64,000 bases of DNA from an uncultured candidate division Zixibacteria bacterium (lineage in GTDB: Bacteria > Zixibacteria > MSB-5A5 > GN15 > FEB-12), in assembly GCA_963664195.1 (NCBI GenBank), contig OY760907.1, positions 3,264,001 to 3,328,000 on the forward strand. Direction: 5' to 3'. The translations under genes and the position numbers were made by a program. Below the pieces are notes generated by a model, which worked only from the letters and a program-made list of their open reading frames with translations, was not told the origin of the DNA and did no database searches. Positions 1 through 10,354 of this stretch are shown piece by piece (the stretch's first letter is position 1; the number at the start of each line of letters is the position of its first letter).

Positions 1-256
1 ATCCGTGGAGAGAATTAGTAGAGCGAGGCACGGGACAGGGCGTGTCCCCGCATCATCTAATCGCCCGCTAGGAGCATCCCGGGCCCCGCGCCCTCAGACC
101 ATCATCAGGGTTCCGTCCCCGATGTTTTTCGACCGGCATCACGGCTTCAGAAGAAGTTGGGCGAATTCGCTTGTCTCTCAAGAGCAAACGGCTTACTCTG
201 CCCAGACCAAAATAGGGGTGAGCACCCGTATTACCGTACAGGAGCGTTGACCGACC

Positions 257-1624
257 GTGTCCGATAGACAAAAAGACAATAGGTCCGATTCCATCACTTC
301 GGGCCCCCTCCTCAAGGCCATCATCGCCCTCGCCTTGCCGGTTACCGCCGGTATGCTGATGGAGGTCTCGTTATCTGTCACCGACTTTTACTGGGTTGGC
401 AGACTGGGGGCAATTGCGCAGGATGCCGTGACCAGTTCCATGGTCATCATCTGGACCATGTACGCGGCCATTTCGATTATCAGTATCGGAGTGACGGCGC
501 TCGTCGCGCGGTATATAGGCGCAAAAAACACTGCGAGGGCCGGGCATTATATCCGGCAATCGGTCTGGCTGACCTACCTTATCTCCGGCACTCTGACAAT
601 AGGCGGTTACCTATTCACTCCAGCGGCGCTTGAGTTCATGGATGCCGGTTTGCCTACACAGGCCCACGCAATACCTTACCTCCGGATATTCTTTGGTTCG
701 TGCCTGTTTTTGACGCTTTCCGAAACGCTATTCGCCGTTTTCCGTGCTTCGGGCGACACCAAAACACCGATGAAAGTGGGAATCACCGTGGTGCTGATCA
801 ATATGGCCCTGGACCCGCTTCTGATATTCGGTCTCGGTCCGATTCCGCCACTCGGAGTAGCGGGGGCCTCGGTCGCGACAGCCGTCTCGCACGGCTACGG
901 ACTTATCGCCATCTGGCGCTATTTGAAGAAGGGACATCTCGGTTACCGAGTGGACAATCTCCACGGCGAGCGTCCGTCCATTCCCGGTATGCTTAAGATA
1001 GCCCGCATCGGCCTCCCGATCGCGAGCCAACAACTCGTTTTCGTTGTCGTCTACTGGTTTCTCATCAAGTACGTGCATGACTTTGGCGAGGCTGCCGGAG
1101 CCGCAATGGGCATCGGCAATCGCATGGAGTCTATCTCGTACCTGACGTGCTACGGCTTTTCGATAGCCGCGTCGACTTTGGTCGGCCAGAACCTTGGTGC
1201 CGGAAGACCAAACCGGGCAGCAAAAGGGGCGTGGGGAGCAAGCGGGCTGGGAATCGGTTTTACGCTCATTCTGTCTGCGATCTTCATCGGGGCACCCGGA
1301 TTTCTCGCCGGCCTGTTCACCAACGATCCCCATGTCCGCGAAATCGCCATGGACTATTTGATTATTCTCGGCCTGTCACAGTCTGCAATGGCTATCGAAA
1401 TCATCATCGAGGGCGCATTCTCTGGCGCCGGAGATACTATGCCGCCGATGATTGTGGCGATTCCAGGTGCGATTGCCCGGATACCGCTCGCATACTATCT
1501 GGCCTTCACCCTCGACTGGGGCATAAACGGGATATGGTGGACTTTGACCATTACCTGCATTCTCAAGGCGATTGTGCTTGGCTGGTGGTTCTGGCTGGGA
1601 AAATGGAAGTCTCGTCGGGTATGA
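257..1624 (+). CDS. MATE family efflux transporter
   Basis: 455 aa, about 12 hydrophobic segments, two repeated halves with RASGDTKTPM / SGAGDTMPPM motifs and GQNLGA, typical of MATE (NorM/DinF-like) proteins. Confidence 0.93.
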   Translation: MSDRQKDNRSDSITSGPLLKAIIALALPVTAGMLMEVSLSVTDFYWVGRLGAIAQDAVTSSMVIIWTMYAAISIISIGVTALVARYIGAKNTARAGHYIRQSVWLTYLISGTLTIGGYLFTPAALEFMDAGLPTQAHAIPYLRIFFGSCLFLTLSETLFAVFRASGDTKTPMKVGITVVLINMALDPLLIFGLGPIPPLGVAGASVATAVSHGYGLIAIWRYLKKGHLGYRVDNLHGERPSIPGMLKIARIGLPIASQQLVFVVVYWFLIKYVHDFGEAAGAAMGIGNRMESISYLTCYGFSIAASTLVGQNLGAGRPNRAAKGAWGASGLGIGFTLILSAIFIGAPGFLAGLFTNDPHVREIAMDYLIILGLSQSAMAIEIIIEGAFSGAGDTMPPMIVAIPGAIARIPLAYYLAFTLDWGINGIWWTLTITCILKAIVLGWWFWLGKWKSRRV

Positions 1625-1726
1625 TATTTAATTGACCTGCCTTGCCGGTGATGCTTAATTCACATGTATGAACCCTGGAGGCAATCAGGATTCGATCCAC
1701 AACTCCGGCATAGGATTGACAGGCGC

Positions 1727-2497
1727 ATGAGCAGAAAATACGTTAGATTCACCAGCGAGACCAATCTCAACGCCACCTACGGTTCTATTGATGACAATCT
1801 CATACAGCCGCTTGACAAAGCTCCCTGGCTGAACGGAAAACCGTGCGGTGATCCCATTCTCGAATCCTCTGCATCTCTGCTGGCGCCTGTGGAACCATCG
1901 AAGATTGTCTGTATCGGGCTGAACTACCATGCCCATGTCGAGGCGTCGCTGTCATCAGACAACGTCCCGGAAAAACCGCTCATGTTCCTGAAACCCCCGT
2001 CATCCATCATTGGCCCCGGTGAGAAAATCGTCCATCCTGAAGATTCCGAACGCGTCGACTACGAGGCTGAATTGGGCGTGGTAATCGGCAAGACAGGCAG
2101 CCATATCCCTGAGGATAGCGCGGAGGAGTACATCCTCGGATATACATGTGTCAACGATGTCACCGCGCGAGACCTGCAGAAGAAGGACGGGCAGTGGTCC
2201 CGCGCCAAAGGATTTGATACGTTCTGTCCGGTGGGGCCATGGATTGTGACCGAACTCAACTACCGGGATGTTCTTGTCGAAGGAATCCACAACGGTGAGA
2301 CAAAGCAATCAGGACGAACCTCCCTGATGATCTTCAACATTCCGTTCCTGATCAGCTACATTTCCCGCGTAATGACACTGAACCCGGGCGACCTGATTTC
2401 CACCGGCACACCCGCCGGAATCGCTCCGATGAAGTCCGGTGACACGATTGTCGTCAAAGTGGAGGGGATTGGAAGCCTTGAAAACGTCATGGCTTAG
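1727..2497 (+). CDS. Fumarylacetoacetate hydrolase family protein
   Basis: PSKIVCIGLNY, FLKPPSS, DYEAEL, NDVTARD, KGFDTFCP, GDLISTGTP motifs; ATG at 1727 preferred over 1664. Confidence 0.93.
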   Translation: MSRKYVRFTSETNLNATYGSIDDNLIQPLDKAPWLNGKPCGDPILESSASLLAPVEPSKIVCIGLNYHAHVEASLSSDNVPEKPLMFLKPPSSIIGPGEKIVHPEDSERVDYEAELGVVIGKTGSHIPEDSAEEYILGYTCVNDVTARDLQKKDGQWSRAKGFDTFCPVGPWIVTELNYRDVLVEGIHNGETKQSGRTSLMIFNIPFLISYISRVMTLNPGDLISTGTPAGIAPMKSGDTIVVKVEGIGSLENVMA

Positions 2498-4244
2498 CTC
2501 TATTGTCCTACTGATTGTTCTCACGGGCACTGGCTTTGCCCGCGATCAGATTCGTGTCGAGGCACGTCTCAACGGTGAAACGCACACGGTAACCGGGCGG
2601 GTGGACTTCTCGATAGCTCCACGCAACCTGCTGTATGATGAGTTGGTCTTCCGCCTGTATCCGAACATCGTCATTCCGGACTCGCTCGCAGGCGGCATCA
2701 CAATTGACTCAATTGCCGCCGGAGGAGAAAGTTACACGTCGGGTCACAGCCAAAAGACCAAAACCGACTACTGCCAGTCGCTGGGCAAGCCGGTTGCTGT
2801 CGGCCAATCTCTGGAGGCTACGGTCTGGTTCACCACTCGCATACCGGAGATGGCAAACCGCTTTGGCCGGGTGGGATCACATTACACGTTGGAGGCGTGG
2901 TATCCCATGCTCGCCCCCTGGGGCACTGACGGATGGCAGAGTATTGAATACAGAGAATGGCTGGAACCGAATGCCGATCTGAGCGATATCGCGGTCACGT
3001 TCTCATATCCGGATTCCCTCCAGCTTATCGCCCCCGGATTCCAGGATCAGACATCGGAGATCCTGACCAAGACCGCCTCGCTCAGACTGGAACAGGCATC
3101 CGACCTTCCCCTGGTCTTATCACAACGCTTCACCGGGGAAGACTCGAATATCAACGGGGTATCGCTCCGCATCTATTACCGGGATCATTGCGCGTTCATC
3201 GTGGATTCCGTGCGCGAGGTCGCCGCAAACACTCTGGCATTCATGGGCGACAATGCCATGCCGTACCCGTTTGACGAACTCACGATCATCATTGGCGGCC
3301 TCAATACATCTGGCGGACTGGAGATGCCACGCATGGTTCTGATGCAGGAACCATCTCCAACTATGCTGCACCGCGGCTTCCTCAATGCCGTTGTTCACGA
3401 GCTTGTCCACCAGTGGTTTTACGGGATCATGAACAGCAATCAGGCGGATCATCCCTGGCTCGATGAGTCAATCACTGAGTACTTCTCGGTTGCCGTCAAT
3501 CAGAGAACAAACAACGGTCGTCCCGATGTCGTAAACGCTCTTGGCATGACGGCCTTTCAGTTTACCGAGGAGCGGCTCATCGGCAGATCGTCTTTCGGCT
3601 CGGTACCGATGAATCGGGCCGGACAGGCTTTCTTTGACAATCGAGAGTACTACTCCGCTGTCTACGGCAAAGGTTCTCTGACTATCATGACAATAATGCG
3701 GTTGATGGGACCGGAAGACGAGCGACTGTTCTGGCAGGAGTATGTGGGCGCGCACCGGTTCACCAGTGTCAAACCAAACGATTTCATGACAATCGCCGAT
3801 AAGTACCTTCCGCCGACGGAACACGGAAGTGTTGAAGGCATCCTCGGGCATGTTGCACCGCTGGACTGGCAACTGCTCGACCTTTCTAACACCCCTTTCT
3901 CAGTTTCACTCGTGGACACAACCGGCACCGACAGCAACAAAATCACCGTCGACTACGCCGCATACCACCCGCTGGGATATCCGGTTGACCTGCGAATCGA
4001 GTTTATCGACGGCACAACATTCGACACAGCTCTGACGCCCATTGCCGGTCGTCACCGGTTCGAGCTTTCCACAACCATTCCCGCGACAGGAGCAGTTCTC
4101 GATCCCGAATACAAGTACGCCATTGATGTCAACCTGCTCAACAACTCAAATGTACGCGAAGGATCCCGGGGCGCCGGACTCCGGTTGTCATCCGGCATCC
4201 TCTATCTCGTTGAATCCCTCTTCAGCAGCCTGTGGGGATTCTGA
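2478..4244 (+). CDS. Secreted M1 family (gluzincin) metallopeptidase
   Basis: HELVHQW (HExxH) plus WLDESITEY third ligand, GGLEMP exopeptidase-like motif, YSAVYGKG; signal peptide if start is TTG 2478 after GGAGGGG. Confidence 0.85.
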   Translation: MKTSWLSSIVLLIVLTGTGFARDQIRVEARLNGETHTVTGRVDFSIAPRNLLYDELVFRLYPNIVIPDSLAGGITIDSIAAGGESYTSGHSQKTKTDYCQSLGKPVAVGQSLEATVWFTTRIPEMANRFGRVGSHYTLEAWYPMLAPWGTDGWQSIEYREWLEPNADLSDIAVTFSYPDSLQLIAPGFQDQTSEILTKTASLRLEQASDLPLVLSQRFTGEDSNINGVSLRIYYRDHCAFIVDSVREVAANTLAFMGDNAMPYPFDELTIIIGGLNTSGGLEMPRMVLMQEPSPTMLHRGFLNAVVHELVHQWFYGIMNSNQADHPWLDESITEYFSVAVNQRTNNGRPDVVNALGMTAFQFTEERLIGRSSFGSVPMNRAGQAFFDNREYYSAVYGKGSLTIMTIMRLMGPEDERLFWQEYVGAHRFTSVKPNDFMTIADKYLPPTEHGSVEGILGHVAPLDWQLLDLSNTPFSVSLVDTTGTDSNKITVDYAAYHPLGYPVDLRIEFIDGTTFDTALTPIAGRHRFELSTTIPATGAVLDPEYKYAIDVNLLNNSNVREGSRGAGLRLSSGILYLVESLFSSLWGF

Positions 4245-5143
4245 TGGTCAGCACCATTCGCATCGGCCTGAGTAACCTTCGCACCCGACGCCGGCTCTGG
4301 GGTGGTTTGTATCTGGCCAAACTGACCCTGGCACTGATTTTCATGCTGCCGGTGATGGTACTGGTTTCAGCCAAACTGGACTACTCCAGATACGCCGCAC
4401 CGTTGTTGGGGAGCTGGTCTATTGATGTTATTCTGGAGCTGATTCAAACCAGCGACGATCTCCTTCCGGCAATTATAGCCGTATTGCTCTTTTATACTAT
4501 CGCCGTTTTTTTCGTTGGACAGTTTCTAAACGGCGGAGTCTACGACTCGTTTCTCTCGAGGGAACCAATCGGGCCGGTAAGGTTTGCCGCCCAATCGACT
4601 GCGCAGTTCCGGGGCAATCTTAAGATATCGCTGGTAATGGGGGTGCTGTACATTCCGTTGTTCTTACTGGCTATTCTTACCGGGGCATTCATTCCACGAG
4701 ATACGCTCGGACATTTCGGCGACGCAGCTTTCGGCGGGCTCTTTTCAAGATTGGCCGTCATCTATGTGTTCATGATCACCGGTTCCATCTTCTCGGAGTT
4801 GCTGAGGATTCACCACGCTTTGCATCCTGCCGACCTGATCATCAAGGGAATTCGCCCCGTTTTCAACTTTTATATCACTAACCTTGTAAAACTCACAGGC
4901 GTCTATTATCTGTATTTTCTGCCGTTTGCAGTGATTTGGCTTCTGGTTGAGAAGCTGGCGATCATCGTTACCGGCGGCCTGACCGGGCTGCTCGGAGTAA
5001 TGCTGGAGTTGTTTCTGTTCCAGCTATGCTCGCTGCTGCGAACGGGACAATCGCTGGCGTTCACGGCCACAGTTGCGCCCCTGGCACGAAAGGCATTTCC
5101 CGGACGGTTCGAGGACGAACCGACGGAGCAGACCGATGACTGA
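4244..5143 (+). CDS. Multi-pass membrane protein of unknown function
   Basis: About 6 hydrophobic helices; TGATG overlap with the M1 peptidase stop. Confidence 0.75.
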   Translation: MVSTIRIGLSNLRTRRRLWGGLYLAKLTLALIFMLPVMVLVSAKLDYSRYAAPLLGSWSIDVILELIQTSDDLLPAIIAVLLFYTIAVFFVGQFLNGGVYDSFLSREPIGPVRFAAQSTAQFRGNLKISLVMGVLYIPLFLLAILTGAFIPRDTLGHFGDAAFGGLFSRLAVIYVFMITGSIFSELLRIHHALHPADLIIKGIRPVFNFYITNLVKLTGVYYLYFLPFAVIWLLVEKLAIIVTGGLTGLLGVMLELFLFQLCSLLRTGQSLAFTATVAPLARKAFPGRFEDEPTEQTDD

Positions 5144-6326
5144 GAGACTGTACTACGACAACCCGGGACTCCTTGAGTTTGATGCGGAGATAGTGGAGAC
5201 AGGTGCTCAGGAGTCCGGACTGTGGACGATCCTCGATCGGTCAGCCTTTTATCCAACCTCGGGCGGACAGATTCACGACACCGGCACTCTGAACGGAATA
5301 GAGGTAATAGATGTCATCGAATCCGAAGATGCGCGTGTCCTGCACATCACTTCAGAAAAAACCGGCGATCCGGGGGAGAAGGTCACCGGTGTTGTAAACA
5401 GAACCCGGCGGCGGAAGAACCGTCAGAATCACACGGCCCAGCATATTCTCTCCGGGGCCTTTGTCAAACTGTACGATCTTGACACCGTGTCTGTGCATCT
5501 GGGGGAGGAATACGCTAATATCGAACTGCCTGTAAAATCCCTCACCGAAGAACAACTACTCTCGATCGAACGTCTCGCCAATGAAATTGTCGCCGAGAAC
5601 TTTCCTGTCGAGATTCTCTCTGTTGATTCAAAGGATGCAGCCAACCTGCCCCTGCGGAAAACTCCCAAACGGTCGGGCAAACTGCGCATTATCCGAATAG
5701 ACCAATTCGATTGTTCAGCCTGTGGAGGAACCCATTGCTCCTGCACGGCCGAGGTGGGACTTATCAAGATTATCGGAGTAGAGAACATGCGCGGCCGCGT
5801 AGCTGTGCGCTTTCTTGCTGGCGATCTGGCGCGCGAAGACTACGCCAGTCGCTTCACCATCACAGACCGGATCAGCCGAAGGTTCACCTGCCATATCTCA
5901 GAAGTCGAGACCAAGCTCGACGGTTTCGCAATCGAAAACAAACTGCTCCGCAAGTCGCTCGGAGACACCCAGAAACAACTCCTGCCAATGAAAACCGAGC
6001 AGCTGGCTGCCGAGGCCGACACGAGCGGCCGGATTCCCTTGCTGGTGACTGAAGTCAAAGACGTCGACAGTTCCGTAGCAAATCAACTGGCCGGAATGAT
6101 GGCGGACAGAATCCACGGCCTTGCGGTCTTGTTAGTTGATGGTCGCTTGATCATGTCCGTTGCGAGCAAGACCGGTCTGCATGCGGGCAAGCTCGCCAGA
6201 GACGTCGCCGAGGGAACCGACCTCAAGGGAGGCGGCAATGAGCGCACAGCGCAACTCGGTGGGGCGCGCGCCGGAGAGATCGACGCATACAGGGAGAAGC
6301 TGCGAACGCTTATCGCCCATGAGTAG
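5136..6326 (+). CDS. AlaX-like tRNA editing protein with C-terminal DHHA1 domain
   Basis: FYPTSGGQIHDTG, NHTAQH (HxxxH) and CGGTH (CxxxH) zinc motifs, KGGG near the C-terminus; no aminoacylation domain. Confidence 0.88.
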   Translation: MTERLYYDNPGLLEFDAEIVETGAQESGLWTILDRSAFYPTSGGQIHDTGTLNGIEVIDVIESEDARVLHITSEKTGDPGEKVTGVVNRTRRRKNRQNHTAQHILSGAFVKLYDLDTVSVHLGEEYANIELPVKSLTEEQLLSIERLANEIVAENFPVEILSVDSKDAANLPLRKTPKRSGKLRIIRIDQFDCSACGGTHCSCTAEVGLIKIIGVENMRGRVAVRFLAGDLAREDYASRFTITDRISRRFTCHISEVETKLDGFAIENKLLRKSLGDTQKQLLPMKTEQLAAEADTSGRIPLLVTEVKDVDSSVANQLAGMMADRIHGLAVLLVDGRLIMSVASKTGLHAGKLARDVAEGTDLKGGGNERTAQLGGARAGEIDAYREKLRTLIAHE

Positions 6327-9300
6327 ACTTGCAGTGACATTCTCCCTGGTACTGTGTTTGCTCATCGCAGCAGCCAGCAGCACACTCGCACAGGAAAATC
6401 GGCTAAAAATCCAACATCAGGATGTGTTTGAAGTCGTCTTCTCCAAGGTACCGGGACAGCCAGATACGTCGTTTGCTTTTGGCTCGGTCGTTTTGGAGAC
6501 AGCTTCCGGTATTATGATCTATTGCGACACCGCCATTTACGCCGTTGGGGCCGATGCCCGTCTCAAGGGACGAGTGGTGATCGACGACATCACTTTCCGT
6601 CTGGCTGCTGAAGATTCCGTCTTCTACGATATCAAAACCGAACGCGCCACTGCTTACGGCGACTACGTCGAACTGTGGTCACGCGAGGATTCACTGCTGG
6701 CGGTGGGCAAGCATGCCTTTGTCGATCGCAAACGGGATTACTTCTACATGCTCGACCGCCCGACGGTCTACATGGACTATCCGGACACCGCCAACATGAC
6801 CGAGGTGATCGGGGATATCATTGAATACGACAAGGCCAACGGCGTCGCCGAAGCATACGGCAACGTCAAAATCAACTCCAATGACATCAATGCCACTTCC
6901 GGCTGCGCGGTCATGCGCCCCGACGAGCACACGCTCGATCTGTACGATCAACCGAAAGTCATCCGCAGGCGAAGCGAAATCACCGGCGGTTTCATCTCGG
7001 TCAATATGGATGCCGGCGTTATCAAGCAGGTCGATGTCATCGACTCGGCCTACGCCGAGTTCGTCGAGCCGACCGACTCCACCCAGATGTATTTTGACCG
7101 GTCAATTCTCTCCGGCAAACGGCTCATTCTTGATTTCGAGTACGGTCAACTCAAGTACGCCACCTGCCGTGGAGAAGCCTACTCATGGTACTATCCCTGG
7201 GCGGCACAGGGAGCCGAGACGACAGAGAACGAAGTGTCAGGTGACTCTATTCAGTTTTTGATTAACAATGACGCACTGGAACAGGTGGACGTGGTTGGCG
7301 GCGCGGTCGGCACGTATCTCAGTTCCACGCAAGTGCAGGCGGACTCACTCATCACCGTTATGACGGACACAGTCAACTACCGGGGCGAACATATCGTATA
7401 CAACCTGCCGGACTCCGTTATCACCCTGCGTTTGAACGCGCAGACAGAATCTGACAATATCGTCTTGGGCGCGTACTTGATTGATCTGGACACGCGGGCG
7501 AAGATCATTGAGGCGTACTCGGCGTCAGCATCACGAGACTCACTCACTTACGAGAACATCTTCGCCAACCAGCTTCAGCCGAACGATATCCCGGTCGTCT
7601 TGAAAGACGCGGAAAAAGACATGCTCGGCGATTACCTCCGCTACTCGATAGATACAAAAAAGGGCCGGATTGTTACCTCGAAGTCCGAATACGAGAAGGG
7701 GATATTCTACGGCCACAACCTGTATCGCCAGACTGAAAAAGTGTTCTACCTCGAACAGGGTCGGTACACCACCTGCGACGCAGAAGAACCACACTTCCAT
7801 TTTTCGATGAAGCACATGAAGCTGATCGAGGGCAATCGTTTGATTGCCAAACCGGTCACGCTCTATATCGGGCGGCTGCCGGTCTTTGCCCTCCCGTACT
7901 ACGTCTTTCCGTTGGAGAAGGGTCGACATTCCGGGATGCTTCCCTTCCAGTTCGGCAATATCGAACGGGGGGAGAGGTATGTCAAAAACGTGGGGTATTA
8001 CTGGGCCGCCTCAAAGTACTGGGACTGGCAGACCTCGATTGACTACTACGAAGAACGAGATCGGCTGAACTTCCGCAACATTCTCACTTACAAAAAGCTC
8101 TACGAGTTCGACGGAAAGACAACGTTTGAATGGGGCCGTGAAACAGCTTACAGCCGTTCTGTTGCCAGTGAATTGAAGTCTTCGCGGTGGGCGTTGAAGG
8201 CAAACCACAGCCAGACGATTTCTCCTTCATTCAGACTCTCTGCCAGCGCACAGTTGCAGTCAGACGCCACGTATTACAACGACTACTCGACGAACCTTGA
8301 AGATCGTCTGAACCGCGTCATCCGCTCCGGTGTGACGTTTAGCAAGAGATTCAGCAAATCAGTCACCTTGTCAGGCCGACTCTCTCATGATAATAACTTG
8401 GACACCGAGGCCCGTACTGATGTTGTACCGAGTCTGAACCTCTCGCTGCCGACCCTCTATCCTTTTGGCAGCGGCAAGATGAACGACGAGGGAGAGGTCG
8501 AACGCAGGTGGTACAACGACATCACGCTCCGCTGGAGTCCCAGCATGACCAATTACTCTCAACGGACGACATTCAAAGAGATCGTCAATCAGCTATATGA
8601 TACTACCGTAACTGCTGACACAACGATCGCAATCGACACTCTGACGAGTATTGCCGACACAGCCATCGCGTACGACACGACTATCTCCTTGGACTCACAG
8701 GATACTCTTTCATTCCGTTCGCGAAAGAAGTATACGCGTGTTGACCATAGTGTAGGACTAAGACTCACCATCCCACTGTTCACGTATATCAATATCCAAC
8801 CTTCAGTGAGCTACCGTGAGAGCTGGTACAAAATCTGGCATACCGATCAGTCCGATACGAAGGGTATCGACGCCTCCAGCACCTACCGCACTTACACCGT
8901 TTCGGCTGGCGCCACCCTCTCAACCGAACTCTATGGCACAGTGTATCCAAACATCTTCGGACTGCTCGGACTGAGACAGGTCCTGACGCCATCGCTTGGC
9001 TACTCCTTCACGCCGGACATAGTCACGCATCCGGACATTTCCGGCTACGCCGGAGGAGCCTCAGGCCTGCAAAGGCGCAGCCAACGGTTGAAGGTCTCGC
9101 TCAACCAATTGTACCAAGCCAAAATCAAGCAAGGAGATGTTGAGAAGGCCATTCAGCTGGTTTCCATCAACTCCGGTTTCAGCTACGATTTCGAAAGGGA
9201 TACCCGGCGGTTTAGCGATGTCAGTACCACTGTTAACTCTTCGCTGCTGAAAAAAGTCAGCCTCTTCGGCAGCATGAGGCACTCGCTCTACAAGCCAGAT

Positions 9301-9804
9301 TCCGATGATCTTGACTTCTGGAATCCCAGGCTGGAAGAAGTCAGCATGAGGGCCAACTTCTCTCTGGCTGGCAAGAACTTCATGTTTTCCGAGGCACGTG
9401 AGCAGGAATTACCGCGTGGCGCAGACTCAGCGTCACACATGGGGCAGAATCGGTCCGGCTACGGGGCGTGGAATCTGTCGGCCAGTTACAGCTTCACAGA
9501 GCGAAACCGACACTCCGATTACTATCGCAAAACGAATCAAATCAGCCTGAGCCTTAGATTCAACCTGACTCCCACGACAAAAGTCACTTACAGCCAGTAT
9601 TACGACTTTGTGGACAAGAAGACGATCAACAACCAGGTCAATATCACCCGCAAGCTCCACTGCTGGACTGGCGTATTTCACTGGGTGCCAATCGGTTCCA
9701 ACAAAGGATGGGGCTTCAAGCTGTTCGTCACCGACCTTCCGGATATCAAAATCGACCAGTCCGGAAACGCCTTGAGTTCCTCGTACTTTCAAGATACGTT
9801 CTAG
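6319..9804 (+). CDS. lptD: LPS-assembly protein LptD-like (large, about 1160 aa)
   Basis: Signal peptide, long N-terminal OstA-like beta-rich region, YTTCD...PHFHF and LPVFALPY...RHSG motifs, C-terminal barrel with RKLHCW. Confidence 0.8.
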   Translation: MSRLAVTFSLVLCLLIAAASSTLAQENRLKIQHQDVFEVVFSKVPGQPDTSFAFGSVVLETASGIMIYCDTAIYAVGADARLKGRVVIDDITFRLAAEDSVFYDIKTERATAYGDYVELWSREDSLLAVGKHAFVDRKRDYFYMLDRPTVYMDYPDTANMTEVIGDIIEYDKANGVAEAYGNVKINSNDINATSGCAVMRPDEHTLDLYDQPKVIRRRSEITGGFISVNMDAGVIKQVDVIDSAYAEFVEPTDSTQMYFDRSILSGKRLILDFEYGQLKYATCRGEAYSWYYPWAAQGAETTENEVSGDSIQFLINNDALEQVDVVGGAVGTYLSSTQVQADSLITVMTDTVNYRGEHIVYNLPDSVITLRLNAQTESDNIVLGAYLIDLDTRAKIIEAYSASASRDSLTYENIFANQLQPNDIPVVLKDAEKDMLGDYLRYSIDTKKGRIVTSKSEYEKGIFYGHNLYRQTEKVFYLEQGRYTTCDAEEPHFHFSMKHMKLIEGNRLIAKPVTLYIGRLPVFALPYYVFPLEKGRHSGMLPFQFGNIERGERYVKNVGYYWAASKYWDWQTSIDYYEERDRLNFRNILTYKKLYEFDGKTTFEWGRETAYSRSVASELKSSRWALKANHSQTISPSFRLSASAQLQSDATYYNDYSTNLEDRLNRVIRSGVTFSKRFSKSVTLSGRLSHDNNLDTEARTDVVPSLNLSLPTLYPFGSGKMNDEGEVERRWYNDITLRWSPSMTNYSQRTTFKEIVNQLYDTTVTADTTIAIDTLTSIADTAIAYDTTISLDSQDTLSFRSRKKYTRVDHSVGLRLTIPLFTYINIQPSVSYRESWYKIWHTDQSDTKGIDASSTYRTYTVSAGATLSTELYGTVYPNIFGLLGLRQVLTPSLGYSFTPDIVTHPDISGYAGGASGLQRRSQRLKVSLNQLYQAKIKQGDVEKAIQLVSINSGFSYDFERDTRRFSDVSTTVNSSLLKKVSLFGSMRHSLYKPDSDDLDFWNPRLEEVSMRANFSLAGKNFMFSEAREQELPRGADSASHMGQNRSGYGAWNLSASYSFTERNRHSDYYRKTNQISLSLRFNLTPTTKVTYSQYYDFVDKKTINNQVNITRKLHCWTGVFHWVPIGSNKGWGFKLFVTDLPDIKIDQSGNALSSSYFQDTF

Positions 9805-9970
9805 CGTCAGAGCATCCGGCGCCTGACGTCAGACGAAAAAACCTGTTTTGCCCCTGTTTCAGGCTATTTACACCCAGTTTTTTAGTTGACACTATTCACT
9901 AAAGCCCGGTTTTTCCTCGTATATACTACTCAAACCTTAATTTGGAAAGTAACAGGAAGGACCCGTCACT

Positions 9971-10246
9971 ATGACCAAGGAAGAGATGATTGGAGTAATG
10001 GCCGAGCGTTCTGGCATTTCAAAGAAGCAGGCCACCGAAGCGCTGACAGCGTTCATGGATAACATCACCGGGCAGTTGAAGCAGGGCGAGAAGGTCAGTT
10101 TCGCCGGATTTGGCACCTTCGCCGTATCCGCCCGCAAGGCCCGTACCGGTCGCAACCCGCAGACCGGCGCCGAGATCAAAATCCCGGCCACCAACGTTCC
10201 GGTCTTCAGAGCCGGCAAGAACCTCAAGGAAGCCGTACGGAAGTAA
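9971..10246 (+). CDS. hup: DNA-binding protein HU
   Basis: 91 aa, GFGTF, ARTGRNPQTG, PVFRAGK. Confidence 0.97.
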   Translation: MTKEEMIGVMAERSGISKKQATEALTAFMDNITGQLKQGEKVSFAGFGTFAVSARKARTGRNPQTGAEIKIPATNVPVFRAGKNLKEAVRK

Positions 10247-10273
10247 GCATACTCCGTACGCAAGGTATGGAAG

Positions 10274-10305
10274 AGGCAGGGCAAGCAAACCCTGCCTTTT
10301 CTTTT
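10274..10305 (+). terminator. Rho-independent terminator after hup
   Basis: AGGCAGGG/CCCTGCCT stem followed by TTTCTTTT. Confidence 0.75.
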
Positions 10306-10354
10306 CGGTTTTTATCGTTGCTAGAGAGGCGAAAAACGGCGATTATCACCCCTG

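Noticed and set aside
17..52. Possible GTAG-type hairpin at the window start (GGGACA/TGTCCC)
   Set aside because: Short, imperfect and not alignable to families A or B
6160..6318. Long upstream extensions in the ORF track (also 2439, 5073, 13208, 53433, 57738)
   Set aside because: They overlap neighbouring genes; downstream starts give proper signal peptides, RBSs or stop/start coupling
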